Positions 53,465 to 64,000 of a stretch of DNA of 64,000 nt are shown here, in pieces. How positions within the stretch are numbered: the stretch's first letter is position 1; each line of letters opens with the position of its first letter. The notes under the pieces were generated by a model that saw only the letters and a program-made list of their open reading frames with translations, did not search any database and was not told where the DNA came from. This DNA comes from Octopus sinensis (taxonomy: Eukaryota), in assembly GCF_006345805.1 (NCBI RefSeq), contig NC_043019.1:6199360-6263359 (forward strand), read 5' to 3'. Position numbers and translations under genes: made by a program.

Positions 53465-53550
53465 ACTTTCCCGAAGAGAAGATTGCATTGTTTATACCAT
53501 TTATTCTTTTGAATAGTATCAGTGGAATTTTCGAAACATGTGTCGAAAGT
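53465..53550 (+). ncRNA. Hammerhead motif (U4C) with elongated stem II
   Basis: ACUUUC-CCGAAGA-GAAGAUUgCAUUG...CAGUGgAAUUUUC-GAAAC-AUGU-GUC-GAAAGU. Confidence 0.7.
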
Positions 53551-53737
53551 AAAAATATTTGTTTACACCTGCGTTAACTCCATTTTTTATTCATATTATT
53601 CAAATATCAACGTAAACACGAAGTTTCTACCTTTATAAACAAGGAGTTACAACACCTTTACTTGTGAGATTTTTGCTGCCCTGGTAACTATTTATTTATT
53701 TTTCCGTGTTAATTGTTAACAAGGTAAAAATGCGCTC

Positions 53738-53865
<128 letters not shown>

Positions 53866-53966
53866 CTGTATACATATAAAAATATAATATATATATATAA
53901 GTATATATGTATAAAATTTAAAGATATATATAAAATTTAAAAACTTTAAAATCTTTATGAGAATTT

Positions 53967-54191
53967 ATCAAGTAGTCAGCGTGAAAAACCTCACAAGGGA
54001 AATGTTTTTAATTATTCTCTTTAAATATATTTATTTATATTAACAGCATTACTATACATAAATTCCTCACGCTAGAAGGGACTCATAAAGTCAAAACTAC
54101 CATAATAAATACAGTGTACCGAACGTGAGGGAACGCAACTCCCGAAGCGAGCTCCTTAAAAACAAAATTCACCCGCAGATCATATGATTTC
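53967..54191 (-). mobile_element. Diverged relative of the 43.4-kb unit 3' half, with half a hammerhead
   Basis: Shares ttttcacgct(g/a)actact, gtccc(t)tc(c)tagcgt and ttcggtacact; starts at GAAA-UCAUAUGA-UC. Confidence 0.65.
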
Positions 54192-55112
54192 ATAATTAGT
54201 GCGATTTGGCAAAAGAGACCGATAGAATAAGCACTAAGCTTACAAAGAATAAGTCCTAAGGTCTATTTGACCGACTAAAGGCGGTGCTCCAGCATGGCCG
54301 CAGTCAAATGACTGAAACAGATACAAGAATAAAAGAATATAACAAGCTAACTGGCATATTGCGATATTATCAATTTATATATCGCTGGCGGGGAGATGAA
54401 TCACTGCTGTTTTTAGTAATCGAATATCCATCATTGACAAGACCAAAGAAGGCCGAAGTCACATGCTTTGGTGGTCTCGGTTCCGGAGATAACAGGAGTT
54501 TATCTCCACGCTAATGATATAAACAAGAGTGTATTTTGAAACAAAACTGCCAATACGACAGATTTTCTTATGGCATCTACAGCCGTATAGTTTCTTCTAA
54601 CAGAGCATCCACACTTAAGTATTAATACTGCGTCTGTCACTTGCGCACACACACGCACATATATCGGCTTAACAGCCCTTCTTGTTTGTGTTACTGTTAT
54701 TCTCCTTGTCCTGTCTTTTACTGGTTATATTTTGTACTGTCGTTACTGTCCTGTTTTTGTTACCACTTTTACCCCTCCGCAAAAAAATCTTAGATTTTAT
54801 TTAATTTGATTTTCGCGGGAAGGAAAGTTTCATTAAAGTCATGTATCGCCTTGACCTTCGAAACGTGGACTAGATGAAATAAAGGCGACTGAAGAAGGGG
54901 AATTTTCCTTGTTTTGTATGTCCTGTACTCTATTTTTTCGCTGTTTAAGAAAAATGTCCATTTCCTTGGTTTTGTGTTTATGTTTTCGTTTCTCATTGTG
55001 TTCGACGTTTTTTTGGTATCCTGTTACCATATATGCGTGTATATATACATGTAGAGGTAGGTACGTACATATATGTATGTATATATGCATATGTTTTATT
55101 TATTTATTACTT

Positions 55113-55186
<74 letters not shown>

Positions 55187-55658
55187 CGTAGGAGTGGCTG
55201 TGTGGTAAGTAGCTTGATAACGAACCACATAGTTCCTGGTTCAGTCTCACGGCGTGGCACCTTGGGCAAATGTCTTCTACTATAGCCTCAGGCCGACAAA
55301 AGCCTTCTGAGTGTATTTGGTTGACGGAAACTGAAAGACGCCCGTTGTATATACGTATTATTCATTGATATATAAATATATATATATATATTATATATAT
55401 ATATAATATATATATGCATGTATGTATGGATGTGCGTGTATACGTTTGTGTGTCTGGGTTTGTCCACCCAACATCGCTTGACAACCGATGCTGGTGTGTT
55501 ACGTCCCCGTAACTTAGCGGTTCGGAAAAAGACACCGATATAATAAGTACTAGGCTTACAAAGAATAAGCCCTGGGGTCGATTTGCTCGATCGACTAAAG
55601 GCGGTGCTCCAGCATGGCCAGAGTCAAATGACTGAAACAAGTAAAAGAGTAAAAGAGT
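55187..55658 (+). mobile_element. SINE family B (3' fragment also at 54205-54338)
   Basis: Head, CORE-like block and tail. Confidence 0.88.
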
Positions 55659-55659
55659 A

Positions 55660-58600
55660 TTCCCTAATATTTATTATTTATATAATATTGATAATTTTGT
55701 ATATTGAGTGTAATACCTCAATTTCGAAAATTATGGATTTTACAGGTAAGATAGAACCGCTGTTTTGGGATTCATCTTTGAAAGATATTCCTATTCCTTC
55801 TAGAAAGGAATTTATCTTGAAACTTGTTAATAATGTTAAAGATTTTATTTCTAGAATTAAATGGAAGCTTTTTACTATAATTTTTATTTATTTAATGATA
55901 TTGTTAGTAGGAATGATAATTATACCTCTAAATTTAAATCTAGAAAGGAACCTCCATTTAATAAAGAATTAACAATTACTTGAAGATAGTATATGGAAGG
56001 TGGTAAAAAATATTGAATTCCATAAATACCCAAATAGAAATAATGAATATTTAAGGAATTTAGCAATTAAAATTAAAGATATGAGAAATATGGATGGTAT
56101 TATAGTACAATCTGATAAAACAAGGAACTTATATAATTAGATGTTAAATTATATGATAACTATTAGGGAAAGAAATAATTAAAAAATATAAATTGTTCCA
56201 GATGATATTCTTTATAATATTAATAAGCCTCTAAAGTAGTAATGTTAAAATATGAGTTGGATATAAAACTGAACTTATGTACCTTTGCACCCCAGAATTA
56301 CTCTTAAAGACCAAAGATAATTTTTATTCAGACCCTAAAGTTAGATTAATTTGCCCATGTAATCGGACCTAGGTAAATTAAGTAAATTTATTTTAGATAA
56401 ATATTGATAAGTTAACAAACTTAATTATTTAAAATTATGGTTTAGTAATATAATAATATTGAAATGGTTTAATAATATTAAAGATAAAATCGTTATAAAT
56501 TTATTCAAATAGATATAGATAATTATTATTCTTCTATTAATGAAATTGTGTTTAATAAAGCGCTTATATTCGCAATGAATAAAGTGGGCATGTCACGGGA
56601 AGAAGTAATGTAATTAAAATGGCTAGGAAATCGCTTATTAAATATAAAAATAAATTATGGGCTAGGAATGATACTAGAGATTGTTTTGATATACCTATGG
56701 GATCACCAGATTCTGCACAGGCTACTGATTTAGTAGGTATTTTTCTTTTATCTGACTCCATTAGAAAATCTTAAGATAGAGGGTGGTTTATAGATAGACG
56801 ATCTTCTACTAGTTACAAAGAATTGTACTATAGGAATCTAGAAGTATATAAGAAAAAACTATATAGTTTCTTTAAAAGATATGGTTTACGTATTACTATA
56901 TATAAGGAGAATTATAATGTTAATTATTTAGATGTTAATTTTAATCTTATTACAGTAAAACACAACCATATCATAAACTTAATGATAAACCTTAGATATA
57001 TAATGTTATAGTAATCACCCATTTTCTATTAAAAAATCGTTGATTAATAATATAAGTAAACGTATTTCATTACTCTCTTATGATATAGAGATTTTTAATA
57101 AACATGCTATTATTATAATGAGGCCCTTAGAGGGGCAGGTTATAATAAGAATATTAAATTTTATAATATTAGCGATAAAGATTTAAATGATAATTTTCGA
57201 GATACTTCTAATAATAATTATAATTTTGTTAGGTTTAGTGGTAAAAAATAGATATTATAAACAAAATAATAAAATGATAAAAATATAAATAAGAATAATA
57301 ATAATAATAATAAATATATAATATATATAATGAATAATATAAATAAAAATAAATTTAATAATTATTATAATAATTATATTGATAAATTTAATAATATTAA
57401 TAATTCCTTAAATGCTGTACATAGATATAATTCTGATAATAATTTTAATAAAATAAAGAATTATAAATATATTTATAATAATGATAATAATAATAAGGTT
57501 AATAAGAATAAAATTTGGTTAATAGTTCCTTATGGAGATCAAGTAAAAACGAATATTATTAAAGAGATTTTAGATGTTATAGAACTATTTATAAGATAAT
57601 CGTAAATATAGAAACATTTTCTCTTTTAATAATTTTGGAGTTGGTTACTCTACCACTAATAATGTTGGTAACATTATTTCTTCATTTAATAAATATAAAC
57701 TGAATAATTTTATAAAAGAAATTATTGATAATAATATTAATAATGATAAGACTTATATTATTGTACATGTAGAGATAAATCTAATTGTATATTAAATAAT
57801 AATTGTGATATTAACGATGTAGTGTATAAATGTATAGTTACATTACATGATAATAATTTTAAGAATAATAATTACACAAAAGCGGTTTATATAGGTTCTA
57901 CTTCCTCAAAAATAAAACTAAGAATCGCACAACATATGAATTCTTTTAAAAATAAAAACTTAATCAACTCAACTGGACTTAGTAAGTACATTTGGAGTCT
58001 TAAATCACTAAATATTAATTATAGTTTAATATGGGAAATAATTTGTAAAACTAAATCATATAATATAGAGCTAATTGTTGTTATTTATGCTCTAATGAGT
58101 TTAAAGATTTTATATTATAAGTATGATAATTTACTTAATACTGGTGAAGAGCGCAAAATAAAATGCAGACACAAGTTACTTTACCTATATAATAAGTTTC
58201 ATGATAAATAGCAATAATAGTTCCCTTTAGGTATTTTAGTTTAGTTTAAATTAGTTTGATATATATTTTTGGTTATGTTGTCTAGGCTTTAATTATAGTT
58301 AGTCTTTATTGTTATTTCTTTGTTTTAATTAGTTCATTTTAATGTATATTAATTTAACAGTTTATGGTACGTTAAAACTTTAATAATTTATATTAGATTT
58401 TTTTATTTTTTATTTTTATTTTTATTTTTTTTATTTTATTTTATTATGTATTTTTATTTGCATTTGTTATATGTATTTTGGAGGATATATTTATATGTTT
58501 TTGGGTGTTATTTAGCGGTGTTTTTTATTGAGTTTTGTATGTATGTGTGAATGTTTAAGATCCCTTTGTTTTTTGTTTTTTATTTGTATGAATTGACAGA

Positions 58601-61253
58601 TTTTATTTGGGTATTGTCTTTTATAATAAAGTACACACACCCATACAATTATAAGTGCCCACTTCATTCGGTGTACTTGGATTGCATGTGAGCCTCAGCA
58701 TATGCACCTAACGGCCACTCCCGCCCCACATGGATAAATAAACACATACATCCCCAAAAATGGGAGTAATCCCATTCACACCAATTATATGTATACAATT
58801 ATACACACTTGAATAATACATAACTAACCCAAATATACAGAACATACTAATAATCACCAACTAACCACCTTCACAAATGAAACCCACACCCATACAATGA
58901 CAAAACTCCCCCCATACCCTATTTACACCCACATAGTAATCCCAATATATTCTTCCATACATGGACGCAAGTGCGTGAAGCACATGAACATAATTAGTAC
59001 GTACAACCCCTAATACACACTAATATATACGTATCAAGCTCGACCTCCACAGCGATAAGTTTACACCCATTCACACCCAGATGGGTGAATTGCACAACCA
59101 GTGAATGCTCACACACACGGGCGTGATTACATTGTTGCATATATCGAGCCAAAATAGTATGCATATGTACATGTGAGGGGTACACGTAAATGAAGTGAGC
59201 GTGTACCCCCTGTATTTATACCCGTGCGTGAATATACACATGGAGACTACCACACAGGTACAAATGTGTTTAGAAATGGGAGCCCCATCACTACACTTAA
59301 TGTATACTCTCACCCATCCGCACGGATGTGTAAGTGTATCTCCGGTGTATATGTTGAGGCTTATATGTAGAGTTGTTGAAGGGAAAGTCGTTTAAATTGT
59401 GAATGATGGGTAGAGTTGGTATGTACCGGGTGGTGGACTAGCGTTGCTTGGAATTGTGAATGGATTAGTGTGGTAGTGAGGTAGGCATTGAGAATAGTTA
59501 TGGGTTACTGCAAGTTGTTTGTTAGAGCTGCTAGGGTGAGCTAAAGCTCATAAATGTATATAATTGATTTTTCATGGTAGTTTAAAGAATCCATTCATAA
59601 TAAATTTTTTTAAGTAGCGTTGGTTTGCTACGTGGATATAGTTTTTAGTTCCATTTATTATATTTCTCCATTCATACTATGAATGACGTTTACTTTCTAT
59701 GGCGCGTATTCTTTTTTTTACATTAGTTATTTCCATGGTAACGTAATTTTTGTTTGGTTTTTTAACGGCTAAGAATCTAATTTCACTTCATAATTTGTAA
59801 CTGAATTGTAAGTATGTATTTGATTTATCCTTATGTCATATTGTTATTTTTGATATTCTGGTTAATTACGATGTATTTAATGTTGTTTTCATAGGAGTGT
59901 TTATGTATATGAGATTGGTTGTGAGTTTTTAATTGTTTAATTAATTTATTTATCTGTATCAGTGTGGGTGTGTAAATATTGTTGTATATATCGAGTTTAG
60001 TGAGTATGTATATGCGTATATGTGAGGGAGCATATGTATCTGTTGTGTGTGTGTGTTTTGCGTGTGTGTGTGTTTGTGTGTGAATGTGTATTTGGGTTTG
60101 TTATTTAGGATTTGGGATGTATGTGTTAATTTGTCTGTGTGGGGAGGGAGTGGATTTTGGTGTATATTGAGGTTTATAAGTTAGTATAGGTTTGTGTATA
60201 AGTCTTGGGTCTGTGGTTTACGTGTGTGTATTTGTGTGTGAATGTTTAGGTTAGGGGGATTGCTATATAAGTTTGTTATAGGGTTTAGCAAAGGGAGATT
60301 TTATCGTTATATGCTTTTATGAGTTTTGGTTTATCATGGTTTTTTAGGTAATTCGTGGTATTTTGTCTATTTTAGATGTTGGTTATTTTTTTACATTGTT
60401 TCATTCATAATTTTTGAGTGGTGTTCGTTTTGCCACGTGAATAACCGGGTGGTGGATTAGCGTTGCTTGGAATTGTGAATGGAATAGTGTAGTAGTGAGG
60501 TAGGCATAGAGTATGGGATTGGGTTACTGCAAGTTGTTTGTTAGAGCTGATAAGGTGAGTTAAAGCTCATAAATGTATATAATGTTTTTTGTGGGTGTGT
60601 AAGTATTGTTGTATATGTCGAGTTTAGTGAGTATGTATAGGCGTATATGTGAGGGAGTATATGTATCTTTTGTGTGTGAGTGTTTTGCGTGTGAGTGTGT
60701 GTTTGTGTGTGAATGTGTATATGGGTTTGTTATTTAGTTTTTGGGATGTATGTGTTAATTTGTCTGTGTGTGGAGGGAGTGGGTTTTGGTGTTTATTGAG
60801 GTTTATAAGTTAGTATAGGTATGTGTATAAGTCGTGACTGTGGTTTACGTGTGTGTATTTGTGTGTGAATGTTTAGGTTAGGGGGATTACTTTATAGGTT
60901 TGTTATAGAGTTTAGCAAAGGAGATTTTATCGTTATATGTTTTAAGAGTTTGTTTTTATCATGGTTTTTTTTTTAGGGAATTCGTGGTAATTTGTCTATA
61001 TTTTCGATATGGTTATATATAGGTTATATATGGATTATATACTTATATTTTTTTCATTTATACTTTAATTATTTAAAATTATTATTTTTTTATTTTTTAA
61101 AATTTTGATTTTTAGATTGGAAGTCCACCTGAAGATTGTCGATCAAGACAAGAACGATTGTAGTGGCGGTTTTTTTGACTATTTATTAAATTTTATGTAT
61201 TGATTAAGTCTTTCCTTGTTTGTTTTGGCAAAATAGTGGTTTTGTCTCTAATA

Positions 61254-61260
<7 letters not shown>
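55660..61260 (+). mobile_element. Apparently full-length Naiad-like PLE: frameshifted ORF ~55732-58211, ~3-kb 3' region, terminal hammerhead
   Basis: SLKDIPIPSRKEF..ISRIKWK, SDKTRNLY, PRITLKD, PKVRLICP, IDIDNYYSSI, FDIPMGSPDSA, GGL.RDD-like, VNYLDV; CTCRDKSNC, VVYKC..VYIGST..KLRIAQH, LSKYIWSLK. Assigning the 3' region to the element is inferred. Confidence 0.85.
61125..61166 (+). ncRNA. Hammerhead motif lacking one A of GAAA
   Basis: CCAC-CUGAAGA-UUGUC gaucaa GACAA-GAAC-GAUU-GUA-GUGG. Confidence 0.65.
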
Positions 61261-61290
<30 letters not shown>

Positions 61291-61597
61291 ATAATACAGT
61301 GATTGGTTCTTGTCAGGAACAAAAAGATTAACAGGACTGCTATAGAAGTGCTCAATTGAATGAGACAAAAATATCAAACTAAAGTTATTGAACAAACAAA
61401 TGCAAGGTCATCCGCATAGCATTTCATAATTCGAACATTTAATCATAGAATATACACATAAACATCCCACAGATGGAACATAATTCATCTGTACAAGCAT
61501 ACAAGCATATAATAATAATAATAAAATAATAATAATAATATAATAATAATAATAATAATATAATAATAATAATAATTAATAATAATAATATAATAAT

Positions 61598-61862
61598 AAC
61601 CTACGCAAAATACTCTCTATGTAACCTCAAGGTTTAAAACAACCATAATTTTCGGTTTAAAACAACCATAATTTTCGGTTTAAAAAAAAAAAAAAAAAAA
61701 AACTTTTTTTTTTAGACATTCATTAGTACAACATCCCCACCCCCCAAATATATGGCACACTAGCATAAACAACAACATGAACTTCCAACCCTGTTGTCTC
61801 TTGAGGTCTCTGGGTGAGACTTGGAGCCAACTTGTACAAATATAAAGCAAAAGTCAAACGTA

Positions 61863-61864
<2 letters not shown>
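61598..61864 (+). mobile_element. R4/Dong-like LINE extreme 3' end in (TAA)n
   Basis: LRKILSM* plus a 3' UTR matching 22360-22650. Confidence 0.8.
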
Positions 61865-61949
<85 letters not shown>

Positions 61950-61952
<3 letters not shown>

Positions 61953-62865
61953 CAACAACAACTAGCCACTGAAACAAAAAAAAATGATATCACTGAACTA
62001 AATGATTTGATATACGCAGCAGCCACTGCAGCCACAAAAGAAGCTGGATACTCACCCAAACCCGCCCAAACAGGAGTACCACCACCCAAACAAACCCTGT
62101 GGATAAATAACATCCAAAACAAAATTTAAAAAATTAGAAAAGACCTGTCGATTCTTAATGAAATCAGCAAACAATCAACGCTACTGAGCAACAAAAAGAG
62201 AACAAAAATGCTCCGCAAATATAACATCACAGAAAAAGATTTGCCTGAAATAAAAGAAAAGCTGAAGCAAGATATCCTTGCCAAAGCTCAAAGGATCCGC
62301 CGGTACGAGAAACGCCAACGCTTCTTTGAACAGAACAAAAAGTTCAACTCCAACCCCAAAAAGTTCTACCAAGAACTGGGAAAAAATAAAATAGAAGTCA
62401 CTGCAGCACCAACGGCAGAAGAATTGGAAGATTCTGGAGAGAAATATGGTCGGCGAACGAACCACCAAAAAAAAGGAGTATCAAAATAACAAACTCGGCA
62501 CCTGAACAACTTTGGACCCCCATAACAACTGAAGAGGTCACCCAGGCACTGCAAAGACTAAGCAACTGGAAGGCACCTGGGCATGACAAGATCCCCAACT
62601 TCTGGTTGAAATATCTAACAGGAATGCCAAAAAGCTGGCTGAAAACTTTAACAACGTACTAGCAGAGCCAGAGACAATGCCTGAATGGTTCACGAAGGGG
62701 AAAACCATCTTAATTCCCAAATCAAATGAAACAGCAAAACCAGAAAACTACAGACCAATAACCTGCCTCCCTACTATGTTCAAGGCATTTACTGCAGTGA
62801 TATCGCAAAGGCTGAACAAGCACCTGGACGAAAACAAACTGTTCCCAGAAGAGCAGAAAGGGATG
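61950..62865 (+). mobile_element. R4/Dong-like LINE, pre-RT and early RT fragment
   Basis: LNDLIYAAA, AQRIRRYEKR..QNKKF, NWKAPGHDKIPNFWLK, PEWFTKGKTILIPK, NYRPITCL, EEQKG. Confidence 0.9.
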
Positions 62866-62974
62866 TTTATGTGTATATTCTATGATTAAATGTTCGAATT
62901 ATGAAATGCTACGCGGATGACCTTGCATTTGTTTGTTCAATGATTTTAGTTTGATATATATATATATATGGATG

Positions 62975-63733
62975 CATGTATGTATGTATGTATGTATGTA
63001 TGTATGTATGTATGTATGTATGTATGTACGTATGTATGTATGTATGTATGTATGTGTGTATGTATGTATGTATGTATGTATGTATGTACGTATGTATGTT
63101 GTATGTATGTATGTATGTATGTGATGTATGTACGTATGTATGTATGTATGTATGTATGTATGTATGTAGTATGTATGTATGTACGTATGTATGTATGTAT
63201 GTATGTATGTAAGTAATGTATGTAGTAGGTATGTATGAATGTATGTATGTATGTATGTGTGTATGTATGTATGTATGTACGTATGTATGTACGTATGTAT
63301 GTATGTATGTATGTATGTACGTATGTATGTATGTATGTATGTATGTATGTATGTATGTATGTACGTATGTATGTATGTATGTATGTATGCATGTATGTAT
63401 GTGTGTATGTATGTATGTATGTATGTACGTATGTATGTATGTATGTATGTATGTACGTATGTATGTATGTATGTATGTATGTATGTATGTATGTATGTAT
63501 TTATGTATGTATGTATGTATGTATGTATGTATTTATGTATGTACGTATGTATGTATGTATGTATGTATGTATTTATGTATGTACGTATGTATGTATGTAT
63601 GTATGTATGTACGTATGTATGTATGTATCTATGTATGTATGTATGTATGTATGTATGTATGTGTGTGTGTATGTATGTATGTGTGTGTGTATGTATGCAT
63701 GTATGTATGCATGTATGTATGTATGTATTTATG

Positions 63734-63767
<34 letters not shown>

Positions 63768-63841
63768 TGTGTGTATGTATGTATGTATGTATGTATGTAT
63801 GCATGTATGTATGTATGTGTGTGTGTGTGTATGTATGCATG
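62975..63841. repeat. (TATG)n tract
   Basis: Direct reading. Confidence 0.97.
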
Positions 63842-64000
63842 AATAATAGAGAAGAGAAAAGAGAGAAAAGAGACAGCGAGAGAAGGTTGGGGGGTAGGAA
63901 GTGGGAGACATGAAGGTGGAAAGAGGTGGGGGGGGAAAGATAGGAAAAGGATATTGCAGAGTTAAGAGGAAGAGTAACTGAAGAATGTAAGTCAAGAAAA

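Noticed and set aside
54855-54912. Possible permuted (type II) hammerhead, ccttc-gaaac-gtg...ctgaaga-agggg
   Set aside because: Triplet is GUG and no stem I can be drawn; it would need a family consensus to revisit

Overview
AT-rich, repeat-saturated animal genomic DNA. The SINE, LINE and microsatellite repertoire looks like an octopus-type cephalopod genome (inference). I found no convincing host protein-coding exon. Most long ORFs in the track are translations of microsatellites. The window is a nested graveyard of tRNA-derived SINEs (three families), R4/Dong-, RTE-, CR1- and L1/Tx1-like LINE fragments, mariner/Tc1 and hAT relics, Helitrons, and Penelope-like elements (PLEs): one Neptune-like RT+GIY-YIG copy and two Naiad-like copies. 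The main hidden signal is RNA-level. About 15 near-complete minimal type I hammerhead ribozyme (HHR) motifs, plus several decayed ones, can be read by eye from at least 10 unrelated repeat families. They include compensatory core swaps (U3-A8, G3-C8) and a recurrent U4C. They occur in PLE 3' ends, in head-to-head palindromes, in a 494-nt tandem unit and in a 283-bp element with perfect 36-bp inverted ends. There is also a candidate HDV-like ribozyme, a SINE/LINE shared tail and an ORF-less ~560-bp (AAT)n-targeted element. All RNA structures were folded by eye and none has been tested computationally or biochemically. Boundaries of decayed elements are approximate.
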